Positions 1-10,874 of a stretch of DNA of 64,000 nucleotides are shown in pieces. The stretch comes from an uncultured Ruminococcus sp. GTDB lineage: Bacteria; Bacillota; Clostridia; Oscillospirales; Ruminococcaceae. Each line of letters begins with the position of its first letter. Position 1 is the first letter of the stretch. The stretch lies in assembly GCA_902780505.1 (NCBI GenBank), contig CACZFN010000006.1:18656-82655 (forward strand). The letters are read 5' to 3'. The translations under genes and the position numbers were made by a program. The notes under the pieces were generated by a model. It worked only from the letters and a program-made list of their open reading frames with translations, was not told the DNA's origin and ran no database searches.

Positions 1-819
1 ATACCCGAAAAGATAGCGGGATTCACGGTTTCCGGAATAGGCGATTATGCGTTTTACGGCGGGGGGTTCAAGACGGTGACGATCCCCGACACTGTAAAGA
101 CGATAGGCACGGGCGCATTTGAAGGGTGTACTGCGCTTACTGATGTGACACTTTCCTCCGCACTTGAAAGCATAGGTGATGATGCTTTCTTTATGGATTA
201 TAATTTAAGAAACATCACATTCCCGCCGACATTAAAAACGATAGGCTCGGGGGCGTTCTTCTATTCGTTCTTCTACACAAAGACGGTGACTATACCGAAG
301 AACGTAACGAAGATAGGCGCTTACGCTTTCGGGTATCAGTCGGGCAGCAGTTCATCTTACAGCAACGACAAGGATTATTCGGTGCTTTCGCCAAAGGTGA
401 TGACGAATTTTACTATATGCTGTGATAATTTCAGTGCGGCTGAAAGCTATGCGGTAAACAACGGTTTAAAGCGCAGCACAATAGTTTCGCACACACATTC
501 ATTTGTATATTCGACAACTGTAAAGCCGACGCTTACTTCAAAGGGGTATGATGTATACGTATGCGAATGCGGGGAAAAGGAATACAGAAACTACGTTGAT
601 GCGCTTGAATACATTTCGGGCGACGTAAACGGTGACGAAGCGGTAAGCATGGCTGACCTGACAAGGCTGCAGCAGTATCTTGCGCAGTGGGAAGTCACTG
701 TGGACGAGAAAGCCGCCGATGTAAACGGCGACGGCAAGCTGACGATGGGGGATCTTACAAGATTGCAGCAATACCTTGCCGACTGGGATGTTGAGCTGGT
801 TTACAAAAAGAGCGCATAA
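1..819 (+). CDS. BspA-type leucine-rich-repeat surface protein with C-terminal dockerin (5' end outside window)
   Basis: Frame 1 is open from base 1 (IPEKIAGFTVSGIGDYAFYG...), so the track start at 76 is internal. Repeated TIPxxVxxIGxxAF units. C-terminal duplicated dockerin segments GDVNGD..DLTRLQQYLA and ADVNGDGKLTMGDLTRLQQYLA. Confidence 0.8.
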   Translation: MPEKIAGFTVSGIGDYAFYGGGFKTVTIPDTVKTIGTGAFEGCTALTDVTLSSALESIGDDAFFMDYNLRNITFPPTLKTIGSGAFFYSFFYTKTVTIPKNVTKIGAYAFGYQSGSSSSYSNDKDYSVLSPKVMTNFTICCDNFSAAESYAVNNGLKRSTIVSHTHSFVYSTTVKPTLTSKGYDVYVCECGEKEYRNYVDALEYISGDVNGDEAVSMADLTRLQQYLAQWEVTVDEKAADVNGDGKLTMGDLTRLQQYLADWDVELVYKKSA

Positions 820-965
820 GGCAAAAACGCTTCTGCCCTGACAGAGTGAAAGTGCTTTTTATCTGTCTGCGGCGTTTAGCTTGTGTGATATGAATGGAAA
901 ATGATGATCGCTTTATGGGGCTGTCGTCTAAATTGCACAAAGTTTGAAAAAATAAGAGCAGGCTC

Positions 966-994
966 TTGACAAGCTGTTTGTTTTCTGATATAAT
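966..994 (+). promoter_or_regulatory. Sigma-A type promoter for rplJ-rplL
   Basis: TTGACA (966..971), 17-nt spacer, TATAAT (989..994), counted base by base. Confidence 0.7.
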
Positions 995-999
995 ATATA

Positions 1000-1163
1000 A
1001 GCATTCGTATCTAAAGACAACAGGCGGCCCGGTCAGCGGGCGGAAGTCCTGTCGAGGAAACAAAGGCACTTTATATTGCTTTTTATGTCCCTTTTTGTCT
1101 TTATGATGAAAAGGGACTTTCTGATGCGTTTGTAAATTAAAACAAACGAGGTGAAATTCAAAC
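1000..1163 (+). promoter_or_regulatory. rplJ (L10) leader with terminator-like attenuator hairpin
   Basis: About 165-nt untranslated leader between the promoter and the rplJ ATG. Hairpin GTCCCTTTT...AAAAGGGAC (1087..1117) is followed by TTTCTG. Position matches the L10-leader class known upstream of rplJ in Firmicutes; the fold was not verified. Confidence 0.5.
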
Positions 1164-1679
1164 ATGGCAAGTGAAAAGGTTTTAGCTGCTAAAAAGGAAA
1201 AGGTGGAAAAGCTTACCGAAATGCTCAAAAACTCTGCCGCAGGCGTACTCGTTGACTACAAGGGTATAACTGTTGAGGAGGATACAAAGCTTCGTAAGGA
1301 GCTTCGTGAGGCAGGCGTTACCTACTTTGTAGAGAAGAACTCTATCCTTCGCTTTGCATTCAAGAATGCAGGTCTTGACGGCATGACTGATGTACTTGAG
1401 GGCACAACTGCTATCGCTATTTCAAACGACGATCAGACAGCTCCCGCAAGAATACTCGGCAAGTTTGCAGACAGCGTTAAGGAGCGTGAGATCTTCGCTC
1501 TCAAAGCCGGCTACATCGGCACTGAAGTTTATGACGCAGCAGGCGTTGCGGCTCTTTCCAAGATCCCTTCAAGGGAAACACTTCTTGCACAGCTCGTCGG
1601 CTCGCTTCAGGGACCTATCCAGAAGCTCGCTGCTACACTTCAGGCTGTTGCAGACAAGAAGGAAGGCGAGGCTGCTTAA
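1164..1679 (+). CDS. rplJ: 50S ribosomal protein L10
   Basis: Translation MASEKVLAAKKEKVEKLTEMLKNSAAGVLVDYKGITVEEDTKLRKELREAGV.. is typical L10. GAGGTG RBS upstream. Confidence 0.95.
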   Translation: MASEKVLAAKKEKVEKLTEMLKNSAAGVLVDYKGITVEEDTKLRKELREAGVTYFVEKNSILRFAFKNAGLDGMTDVLEGTTAIAISNDDQTAPARILGKFADSVKEREIFALKAGYIGTEVYDAAGVAALSKIPSRETLLAQLVGSLQGPIQKLAATLQAVADKKEGEAA

Positions 1680-1769
1680 TTGCGGCTTAGCGGCGTGAGG
1701 CAGGGCGTGAGGGAGTATGAACTCACGCAAACACATTTAACTAAATTATTTGAAAAGGAGATTATTATC

Positions 1770-2141
1770 ATGGCATCTGAGAAGATCACAAATATCATTG
1801 AAGAAGTTAAGGCTATGTCCGTTCTTGAGCTCAAGGAGCTCGTAGACGCTATACAGGAAGAATTCGGCGTAACAGCTGCTATCGCTGCTGCTCCTGCTGC
1901 TGGCGGTGCTGCAGGCGGTGAAGCTGAGAAGACAGAGTTCGACGTAATCCTCGCTTCCTTCGGCGACGCTAAGATGGGCGTTATCAAGGTAGTTAAGGAG
2001 ATCACAGGTCTTGGTCTTAAAGAGGCTAAGGCTCTCGTTGAGGAAGCTCCTAAGGCTATCAAGGAAGGCGTTTCCAAGGCTGACGCTGAAGACCTCAAGG
2101 CTAAGCTCGAGGCTGCAGGCGCTACAGTTGAGCTCAAGTAA
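1770..2141 (+). CDS. rplL: 50S ribosomal protein L7/L12
   Basis: Start moved to the internal ATG at 1770 (AAGGAG RBS). [34 protein letters not shown].. with an Ala/Gly hinge and C-terminal [40 protein letters not shown]. Confidence 0.95.
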   Translation: MASEKITNIIEEVKAMSVLELKELVDAIQEEFGVTAAIAAAPAAGGAAGGEAEKTEFDVILASFGDAKMGVIKVVKEITGLGLKEAKALVEEAPKAIKEGVSKADAEDLKAKLEAAGATVELK

Positions 2142-2163
2142 TTTAATACTTGCTTATCAAAAG

Positions 2164-2235
2164 GCCCGTCCCTTACGGGACGGGCGCAATAAAAAAGGAC
2201 ACTTTTGTCGTATCACGGCAGAAGTGTCCTTTTTG
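2164..2235. terminator. Two stem-loops between convergent rplL and the LRR gene (bidirectional terminator)
   Basis: GCCCGTCCC-TTAC-GGGACGGGC (2164..2185). GGACACTT...AAGTGTCC (2197..2229) is flanked by an A-run on the left and TTTTT on the right. Confidence 0.7.
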
Positions 2236-2247
2236 TTTACCCGAGAG

Positions 2248-4380
2248 TTACCCGAGAGTTACCTCCCAGCCGGCGAGGTACTGCTGCAATCTTGTAAGAT
2301 CCCCCATCGTCAGCTTGTCGTCGCCTGTAACATCAGCGGCGGTTTTGTTTATATCAACGTCCCATTCAGCGAGGTATTGCTGCAAACGTGTGAGGTCTTT
2401 CATATTTATATCGGTATCGCCGTTTACGTCGCCTTTTTTGATTTTATCAAGGGCAATAAAGTCAAAACCGTAGTCGTTGGCGTAGGTTTCGGCGGCGGTG
2501 CCGGAGTTGCCGTAGATTGTGAAGCCGTCGATTTTATTCTCTTGTGAATCATAGCCAAGTGCATAATCGCTAATGCTTGTAACGCTGTCAGGTATTGATA
2601 TGCTTTTAAGGCTTGTGCAAAATACAAAACATCCAATGCTTGTAACACTGTTTGGTATTGTTATGCTTGTAAGGCTTGTGCAGCCGGAAAACGCGTAACT
2701 GCCGATGCTTGTTACACCGTTTGGTATAGTGACCTCACCTTCGCAAGTCGTTCCGTCAATAAGAATATTATTTACAATAACAAGTGAATTCTTTTTTTGC
2801 TGTGCTTCAAGCCAAGGTGTCTTATTAAATGCCCCATTACCAAAGCTTGTAACGCTTTTTGGTATTGTTATGCTTGTAAGGCTTGTGCACCCAGAAAACG
2901 CTTCATCACTAATGCTTGTAACGCTGTCAGGTATTGTTATGCTTTTAAGGCTTGTGCAGCCGAAAAATGCACGATAATCAATGCGGGTAACGCTGTTTGG
3001 TATTGTCACGCTTTCAAGGCTTGTGCAGTCCTCAAATGCGCTACCGCTAATGTTTGTAACGCTATTTGGTATAGTTATGCTTTTAAGGCTTGTGCAGCGA
3101 TTAAATGCATAAAGACCAATGCTTGTTACGCTGTCTGGGATTGTTATGCTTGTAAGGCTTGTGCGGTGATCAAATACATAATTGCCAATGCTTGTAACCT
3201 TTTTGCCGTCTATTTCCGCAGGAACGGTCACTGTTGTGTCGCTGCCCTTATAATCTGTTATCTCAAGGGTTCCGTTCATAAGCAGTTTGTAAACCCAGTC
3301 GCCGTAAGTGTATTCCATGTCTAAATCAATAAATTCAAAGCCGTTGTCGTTGGCGTAGGTTTCGGCGGCAGTGTCCTTGTAGCCGTAAACGGTAAAGCCG
3401 TCGATTTTATTCTTATTTGAATCATAGCCAAATGCATTCTCACCAATGCTTGTAACGCTGTCAGGTATTGATATGCTTGTAAGGCTTGTGCAGCCCAAAA
3501 ATGCGCCATCACCAATGCTTGTAACGCCGTTTGGAATTGTTATGCTTGTAAGGCTTATGCAGCCCCCAAATGCGCTATTACCAATGCTTGTAACGCTGTC
3601 TGGGATTGTTATGCTTGTAAGGCTTGTGCAATTGTAAAATGCACCACCGCTAATGTTTGTAACGCTGTTTGGAATTGTTACACTTTTAAGGTTGGTGCAA
3701 TCCCTAAATGCATATTCACCAATACTTGAAACGCTGTCAGGTATTGATATGCTTGTAAGGCTTGTGCAGCCCAAAAATGCGCCATCACCAATGCTTGTAA
3801 CGCTTTCCGGTATCGTTATGCTTGTAAGGCTTGTGCAGTCCTCAAATGCGCTTTCACCAATGCTTGTAACGCCGTTTGGAATTGTTACACTTTTAAGGTT
3901 GGTGCAATTCCAAAATGCGCTTTCACTAATGCTTGTAACGCTGTCCGGGATTGTTATGCTTGTAAGGCTTGTGCAATTGAAAAATGCACCAATGTCAATG
4001 CTTGTAACGCTGTTTGGTATTGATATGCTTGTAAGGCTTGTGCAGAACCCAAATGCGCCTTCACCAATTCTTGTAACGCTGTCTGGTATTGTTACGTTTG
4101 TAAGGCTTGTGTAGTTCCAAAATGTATAATCAATCCACGTAACCTTTTTGCCGTCAATTGTTGAGGGTATAGTAACTTTGGTATCAGTGCCGTTGTATTT
4201 AGTTATGCGCACAGTATCGTGTTCATCGTCATCAAGATCGGTATATTCATAATCGCCGTAGGTCTTCGTCTCAAAACTGGCTGAAACGTCGGTGTCAAGC
4301 TTTAGAGCACCTTCGGGAAGTGCTGAACCTGCGCCGAAAACAAGGGTAAGTGCTGTTAAAAATGATAGTATCTTTTTCAT
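2248..4380 (-). CDS. Large BspA-type LRR surface protein with signal peptide and C-terminal dockerin
   Basis: N-terminal MKKILSFLTALTLVFGAGSA. More than 20 near-identical 23-aa units IPxSVTSIGxxAFxxCTSLTSIT. The module [beta-strand lead-in + LRR block + GYDSxxNKIDGFTxYG..AAETYANDxGFxFI] occurs twice. Dockerin GDVNGDTDINMKDLTRLQQYLAEWDV / ADVTGDDKLTMGDLTRLQQYLAGWEV. Confidence 0.9.
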   Translation of the reverse strand: MKKILSFLTALTLVFGAGSALPEGALKLDTDVSASFETKTYGDYEYTDLDDDEHDTVRITKYNGTDTKVTIPSTIDGKKVTWIDYTFWNYTSLTNVTIPDSVTRIGEGAFGFCTSLTSISIPNSVTSIDIGAFFNCTSLTSITIPDSVTSISESAFWNCTNLKSVTIPNGVTSIGESAFEDCTSLTSITIPESVTSIGDGAFLGCTSLTSISIPDSVSSIGEYAFRDCTNLKSVTIPNSVTNISGGAFYNCTSLTSITIPDSVTSIGNSAFGGCISLTSITIPNGVTSIGDGAFLGCTSLTSISIPDSVTSIGENAFGYDSNKNKIDGFTVYGYKDTAAETYANDNGFEFIDLDMEYTYGDWVYKLLMNGTLEITDYKGSDTTVTVPAEIDGKKVTSIGNYVFDHRTSLTSITIPDSVTSIGLYAFNRCTSLKSITIPNSVTNISGSAFEDCTSLESVTIPNSVTRIDYRAFFGCTSLKSITIPDSVTSISDEAFSGCTSLTSITIPKSVTSFGNGAFNKTPWLEAQQKKNSLVIVNNILIDGTTCEGEVTIPNGVTSIGSYAFSGCTSLTSITIPNSVTSIGCFVFCTSLKSISIPDSVTSISDYALGYDSQENKIDGFTIYGNSGTAAETYANDYGFDFIALDKIKKGDVNGDTDINMKDLTRLQQYLAEWDVDINKTAADVTGDDKLTMGDLTRLQQYLAGWEVTLG
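2568..4128 (-). repeat. In-frame 69-bp periodic tandem repeats (LRR coding repeats)
   Basis: Recurring ..AATGCTTGTAACGCTGTCnGGTATTGTTATGCTTGTAAGGCTTGTGCA.. on the + strand with a 69-bp (23-codon) period. Two blocks are separated by a non-repeat linker. Confidence 0.85.
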
Positions 4381-4511
4381 AAGCTTTCCTCCTAAAATAA
4401 TGTCATTGATATTATACTACATTTTTAATATTTTGTCAATAAAAAGAATATCAAAGTTTAATGGCGGGTGTTGCCTTAATGTAAATTTAACAAACGTTCA
4501 TAATATTTGAG

Positions 4512-4540
4512 TTGACAAAACCCTTATAAAAGTGTATATT
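4512..4540 (+). promoter_or_regulatory. Candidate promoter for guaB
   Basis: TTGACA (4512..4517), 17-nt spacer, TATATT (4535..4540). Confidence 0.55.
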
Positions 4541-4575
4541 TATTATTTATAAGATAGTAATGGTTATAAGAGTGA

Positions 4576-6066
<1,491 letters not shown>

Positions 6067-6075
6067 AAGCAAAAA

Positions 6076-6103
6076 CAGACCGGTACAGCCGGTCTGTTTT
6101 TTT
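6076..6103 (+). terminator. Intrinsic terminator after guaB
   Basis: CAGACCGG-TACAG-CCGGTCTG followed by TTTTTTT. Confidence 0.8.
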
Positions 6104-6152
6104 ATGCACGATATATAATTGAGGTGTCGGATGCGCCGGCGGCAAATTGCCG

Positions 6153-8171
6153 TTATACGTGTTTTTCTATCCAGGTGACTATTTTGCCGATATTGTCTTC
6201 ACGCTTGTTTATAAAGTCGCGTATACATTTTGATGAAGCGTAGCCGCCGTTTAAGGCATCATCTTTTGAGCCTGTATCGGGGTATCTTGCAAAAAACTGG
6301 TCATAAAGCGGGCCGTATTCGGCTTCGTACTGAGAAAGGCCGTCAAGGAGAGTCTGCTTTTTATATATACCCTCAGACAATGCGGCAAGTTTTTCGTTAT
6401 AATCCTTTCTGAAGCCCTCGTTAGTCATAAGGTATGCATAGCAGAGCACTGCGGGGTTATTTGTATCCATATCGAGCAGGCCGTTTTTCTTATAGTTATC
6501 TTCCTTTACGGTATTGGTGCGGGCATCGCTTTCGCCGCTTACGCCGCCGAATTCCATATCATAGAACAAGAAGCGCCATCTGCCGTCGGCGTATTCGTTT
6601 GAGTCGTCGGTTTCAGACGTCTTCCACATACTCCAGTTCTTGCCCGGCCAGTCCCACTTATTATTTATCCACACCTGTGAAAGGAAGTAATCCCTTGCGC
6701 TTTCGATATCGACAAGCTTTGCAAATTCGTCATAATCCTCCTGCGAGGTGAGGTCTTTATGCTTTTTGAAGAAATCTTTAAGTTCCCTGAAATAATAGTC
6801 CTCGTCGGTTTCACCTGCGGGAAGTTCACCTTCGTCGAGTTTATAGCCGGAAGCGTAGGTCTCGGCATCGCCCTTATAAACTACGACACTTTTCTTGTCA
6901 ACGCCGTAATGGTCTTCAAAGTAATCGTCGGAATAATCCTCCTCCAGGACATAAAGTCCCCAGTATTCGCCGTTTAAGTAAACAACACACGGGCGTGAAG
7001 CCTTTGTGGAGCAGTCGAGCGACTTTGACATATCCTGCCAGTAGGTATCGTTGAATTTTGCGGTAAAGGCGCAGTTGCCGCCTGCACGCAGGGTAAGTGT
7101 TTTGAAGCTTTCGAGGTTTTCGCCGTCCTTATCAAGCGCTTTGCCGTGAAAAACGTCATATTCAAAACGTTTTTCGCCGTAATCCTTTCTTGCGAAAAGG
7201 CGAAGCCCCTTGATAAGGTCAGACCTTGAATAATTGCCCTGCACCCTTATGCCGCAATCCTGTGAAAGAGCCTGTGCAGTGCCGTCGGGGGAGAACTCAA
7301 AGAAGTTTATATGGCATCTTCTCTCCCATTCCTTGCCGCGCTGTTTATAGTTTGCGTCCACTTTTCTTGCGCCCTCGCTGTCGAGGTTGAAATCCCCGCT
7401 GTTAAGTTTATTTTCAAAGTCCCTATCAAAGATATTGCCCTTGACGTATATACCGTTTTCCGCACCGAAGAAATCGTCGAAATCCGCTGTTATACTTATT
7501 ACCGCAAGAGATGTACCCATAGCCTTGACGCTGTCTGCAAGGCCTTCGATATGGTCTTCGGCTTTGCCGATATAGTAGCTTTCGGTAACGGTTTTGCTGA
7601 AGGTGCCGTCATCGGCCTGTGAGCAGGCACGTATAACAGTACACTTATCGACGGCATCATCAGCGGGGGCTTTCTTTTCGCAGACATAGGTGCCCTCGCC
7701 GTAATCTATATTATTGAAATTGCCTGAGATAAGCGTAGGTGACACGGCTGACACGACATTTGCGTCCCCTGTGCGGTCTTTTATGCTTATTTTATCGGTA
7801 TATTCTGTTCTTGTAGCGCTTGTGGCGGGATCACTGCCGTCGGTGGTATAGTAGAGTTTACCGCTGTCGGCGGTTATCTCGAGTTCAAATTCTTCACCGT
7901 ACACGCCGCCTGACTGAGAGAATTTAACTTCACTTTCGTTTCTCTGAACATCTGCTTTTATTCCGGAAGACGGATCCCCCTGTGAGCTGTCATCTGCTGT
8001 TTCATCGGATTCTGAGGAGGAGTCATCAGCTTTGCTTTCATCTTTCTTTTCTGACTTGACAGCTGAGCTGCTTTCGTCGGGTGCTGACGAGCTGTCTGAT
8101 GACGAACAGCCGACAGATGCCGCTGTCATTATTATTGCAAGTGCTATAGAGAGTGATCTTTTCAAGTTCAT
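6153..8171 (-). CDS. CotH kinase-family lipoprotein
   Basis: Lipobox LAIIMTAASVGCSS and a Ser/Asp-rich linker. LYYTTDGSDP (chitobiase/hexosaminidase-C-like segment). CotH-type core VVYLNGEYWGLYVLEEDY. Confidence 0.7.
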   Translation of the reverse strand: MNLKRSLSIALAIIMTAASVGCSSSDSSSAPDESSSAVKSEKKDESKADDSSSESDETADDSSQGDPSSGIKADVQRNESEVKFSQSGGVYGEEFELEITADSGKLYYTTDGSDPATSATRTEYTDKISIKDRTGDANVVSAVSPTLISGNFNNIDYGEGTYVCEKKAPADDAVDKCTVIRACSQADDGTFSKTVTESYYIGKAEDHIEGLADSVKAMGTSLAVISITADFDDFFGAENGIYVKGNIFDRDFENKLNSGDFNLDSEGARKVDANYKQRGKEWERRCHINFFEFSPDGTAQALSQDCGIRVQGNYSRSDLIKGLRLFARKDYGEKRFEYDVFHGKALDKDGENLESFKTLTLRAGGNCAFTAKFNDTYWQDMSKSLDCSTKASRPCVVYLNGEYWGLYVLEEDYSDDYFEDHYGVDKKSVVVYKGDAETYASGYKLDEGELPAGETDEDYYFRELKDFFKKHKDLTSQEDYDEFAKLVDIESARDYFLSQVWINNKWDWPGKNWSMWKTSETDDSNEYADGRWRFLFYDMEFGGVSGESDARTNTVKEDNYKKNGLLDMDTNNPAVLCYAYLMTNEGFRKDYNEKLAALSEGIYKKQTLLDGLSQYEAEYGPLYDQFFARYPDTGSKDDALNGGYASSKCIRDFINKREDNIGKIVTWIEKHV

Positions 8172-8197
8172 AGCGGGGTACCCCTTTCTTTAGTATG

Positions 8198-8629
8198 TTA
8201 CACGCCGATAAATCTGCTAAGTTCGCCCGATTTGCCGCGGCACACCACAACGGTGACACTGCACCCTGCTTTGAGCAGGGCATCTACTGCCATTTCACAG
8301 TATTTATGCTCGGGGTGGGAGGTGTCGGTAAAGCCTGCTTCGGTAGCGGTAAGTATAACGGCTTCACACGGGCGTTTTACAAGCCTTGCGGCGTCGATAA
8401 GCCCCTGAATATACGGGTATGACGGCGTAAGAGTCTTTATACCCGATTTAGTGAGTGTACGCATATAGCCGTTAAAATACAGCGCTGCCCTATACCCGCC
8501 GACACCGAGTGACGGGCTTGCCTGCCCGACTGATGCGATAATACAGCAGTTTTTATTCTGCTTATAAAACTGCGCTATGCTTAACCCATCGGGGAAAGGC
8601 ATGACAGTATAGTTTTTGATAACCGACAT
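8198..8629 (-). CDS. RNase H-fold-like protein with substituted catalytic residues (hypothetical)
   Basis: Start moved to MSVIKNY (GGAGG RBS 9 nt upstream). By-eye alignment to E. coli RNase HI: GVGGYRAAL~GPGGYGAIL, AVILTATEAGF~EVILSTDSQYV, SHPEHKYCEMAVDAL~GHPENERCDELA. Positions D10/E48/D70 read V/Y/T. Confidence 0.4.
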   Translation of the reverse strand: MSVIKNYTVMPFPDGLSIAQFYKQNKNCCIIASVGQASPSLGVGGYRAALYFNGYMRTLTKSGIKTLTPSYPYIQGLIDAARLVKRPCEAVILTATEAGFTDTSHPEHKYCEMAVDALLKAGCSVTVVVCRGKSGELSRFIGV

Positions 8630-8837
8630 TTTAGTTTTATCCTCCAATAAACCATTATACGATTTATAGTCCGATAAGTCAATCAAAAGTCAGTATCATA
8701 ATAGGATAAGATAAATTTTTTTACGTTTTTTACAACTTGCCTGCCCGCTAAATGGTGAAAGTTCACAACACCCCGCGCTTTGTGCAAATTGCATTGAAAA
8801 GTTATGCAAATTTCTACTGTCAAATTTTAAAAATCAC

Positions 8838-8866
8838 TGGACTTTATGGGGGATATATGTTATAAT
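8838..8866 (+). promoter_or_regulatory. Candidate extended -10 promoter
   Basis: TGGACT (8838..8843), 17-nt spacer, TGt-TATAAT (8858..8866). Confidence 0.55.
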
Positions 8867-8933
8867 TGTAGTAACTAAACGTTTTCGTAAATTGTTATTA
8901 CTATTTATTTTTACCAAAAAGGAGATATTTACA

Positions 8934-9941
8934 ATGGCAAATGTAAACCCTGAATATATATTCAAAGGCGTAAAGACGGCAAGGCTTGAAGCGGGAAGGT
9001 ATTCGGCTGTTATTGCATACACAATGGGCGGTTCGGTACTGAGGCTGCGTGATGATGAAAACAGGATCGACATATTCCGTTACCGTGATGATGTGACGGC
9101 TGACACGATAAACGAAGCCCGTGAGATATGGGGGCTGCCGACGCTTTACCTGCCGAACCGTTTTGACAGGGGAGTAATAAAAACTTCTGATGCGACATAT
9201 AATATGCCGATAAACGAAACACTGCTCGACAATTTCATTCACGGGTTTGTACACAAGCGTGAACACAAGCTTGAGCTTTGCGAGGTACAGGGCGACAGGG
9301 CGGTTTGCAGGATAAGCTTTGAATATGACGAGCGCGATGAAATGTTTGAATACTTCCCGCTGAAATTTAAGTGGACGATCACATTTACCCTTTCCGAAGA
9401 AGAAGGGTTAAAGCAGGAGATAGAGCTTGAAAGCAGGGCGGACAAGGCTTTGCCTGTATCGGTATGCACACACACCTGCATAAATGCGCCGATAGTTGAC
9501 GGCGGTGAGCTTTCACAGGTGACATTTGAGGTGCCGGTAGGCAGGAGGTGCATACTTGATGAAAGGTGTCTGCCGACTGAGGAATTAAAAGACCTTGATG
9601 ATTACGATAAAAAATACAAGTCGGGCGAGATGCATGCGGTACTGCACGACATATCAAACGATATGTATACAGCGACGGAAACAATGCTTGACGGCAAGCC
9701 GTTTTACGGTGTTATCATAACGGACAGGCAGTCGGGCAGGCGGGTGATAAACGAGGTTTCCCGCGAGTTCAAGTTCTGGAATATGTGGAACGACAGGGGC
9801 GTGAACGGATACTTCTGTCCCGAGCCTATGACGGCTATGATAAATTCGCCGAATTTAAGCTTGCCAAGAGAGATAACAGGTTACAGAGAGCTTGAAAAAG
9901 GCGGAAAATTCACCTGCTGGCAGAGGTTTGCAACACTTTAA
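8934..9941 (+). CDS. Aldose 1-epimerase (galactose mutarotase-like) family protein
   Basis: Start at MANVNPEY (AGGAG RBS). NFIHGFVHKREHKL and beta-sandwich-type sequence. Family call is by resemblance only. Confidence 0.55.
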   Translation: MANVNPEYIFKGVKTARLEAGRYSAVIAYTMGGSVLRLRDDENRIDIFRYRDDVTADTINEAREIWGLPTLYLPNRFDRGVIKTSDATYNMPINETLLDNFIHGFVHKREHKLELCEVQGDRAVCRISFEYDERDEMFEYFPLKFKWTITFTLSEEEGLKQEIELESRADKALPVSVCTHTCINAPIVDGGELSQVTFEVPVGRRCILDERCLPTEELKDLDDYDKKYKSGEMHAVLHDISNDMYTATETMLDGKPFYGVIITDRQSGRRVINEVSREFKFWNMWNDRGVNGYFCPEPMTAMINSPNLSLPREITGYRELEKGGKFTCWQRFATL

Positions 9942-9964
9942 ACAGACAAAGAAAAGGCAACAGA

Positions 9965-10615
9965 ATGAAAAAGAGAATAATGGCGGCTTTGCTTCTGGTG
10001 TTATGCATGACAGCAGGCGGCTGCGGAGATACTGATGACAGCAGGGCTGAGAAGCCGAAGCTGCCCTCGGCGGGCAAAATGGTGACGAGTTCATCACAAG
10101 CGCAGAGCAGTGAGGTGCAGGAGGAGAGTTCTGAAGTGACCACGACTGTGACCGGGACGCTTGCTGAGGAGAGCAGTGAGCAGGAAACATCTGTGACTGA
10201 CGATTACACCAGGCACGAGCAGATAATAGACGAGAACCATACACGGCTGACACAGGAGCCGCTTGATGACAAGGCGGTGGAGGTATCCTTCAACTTTTGC
10301 GTATATGCGTTCAGGGGGGATATAAAAAGTATGCAGGAGTTATGCACGCCCGAATTTGCGGAGGCGGCAGAGCTTTTGTATGATGATTATTTCAAGCCGT
10401 GCAGTGATATTTCGATAAACGGGTACAACTACCATGTGGGCGACACACCGCTTGCGGGGATAAACCTTTTTAACAGAGAGCACAATTACAACAATATAGC
10501 GTGGCTAAGGCTTGAGCCGCAGAGCGACGGCAGTTACCTTGTATGTGACCTGTGGGAAGACCGGGGCAGAGAGGAACCTCAAAGCGTTATGGAAAAGCTT
10601 TCGGGCGGCAATTAA
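9965..10615 (+). CDS. Hypothetical lipoprotein
   Basis: MKKRIMAALLLVLCMTAGGCGD lipobox followed by a Ser/Glu-rich linker. No family recognised. Confidence 0.6.
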   Translation: MKKRIMAALLLVLCMTAGGCGDTDDSRAEKPKLPSAGKMVTSSSQAQSSEVQEESSEVTTTVTGTLAEESSEQETSVTDDYTRHEQIIDENHTRLTQEPLDDKAVEVSFNFCVYAFRGDIKSMQELCTPEFAEAAELLYDDYFKPCSDISINGYNYHVGDTPLAGINLFNREHNYNNIAWLRLEPQSDGSYLVCDLWEDRGREEPQSVMEKLSGGN

Positions 10616-10626
10616 GGAGGGATATT

Positions 10627-10860
10627 ATGGACAATCCGTTATTACTGATTATCATCATACCTGTTTCGTTGATACTGGGACTGGTTTTTGTGGGGGATAT
10701 ATCCAAAACCGTTTATGCCTGCCCGAAATGCGGGACACGGTTCAGGGCTAAATGGTATAAATACCTGTTAAGCGGACATTACGGTGAGGACAAGGTGTTA
10801 AAATGCCCGAAATGCGGAAAAAAGTGCCGCTGTGCAGTGTCATATGACCAGAAATTATAA
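10627..10860 (+). CDS. Small membrane-anchored zinc-ribbon protein
   Basis: Start moved to MDNPLLLIIIIPVSLILGLVFVG (AAGGAGG RBS). One TM segment, then CPKCG...CPKCG four-Cys ribbon. Confidence 0.55.
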   Translation: MDNPLLLIIIIPVSLILGLVFVGDISKTVYACPKCGTRFRAKWYKYLLSGHYGEDKVLKCPKCGKKCRCAVSYDQKL

Positions 10861-10874
10861 GGAGGCGAGCATTT

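Noticed and set aside
2705-4114. Plus-strand ORFs of 90-175 aa (for example 2797..3324 and 3653..4114) with repetitive MLVTLSGIVMLVRLVQ translations.
   Set aside because: They are antisense shadows of the LRR repeats. They have low-complexity products and no RBS, and they fully overlap a well-supported gene.
2568-4128. Regular ~69-bp repeats that could be mistaken for a CRISPR array or a non-coding satellite.
   Set aside because: The period is exactly 23 codons and lies in-frame within one long minus-strand ORF encoding LRR units. There is no alternation of repeat with unique spacer, and no cas genes.
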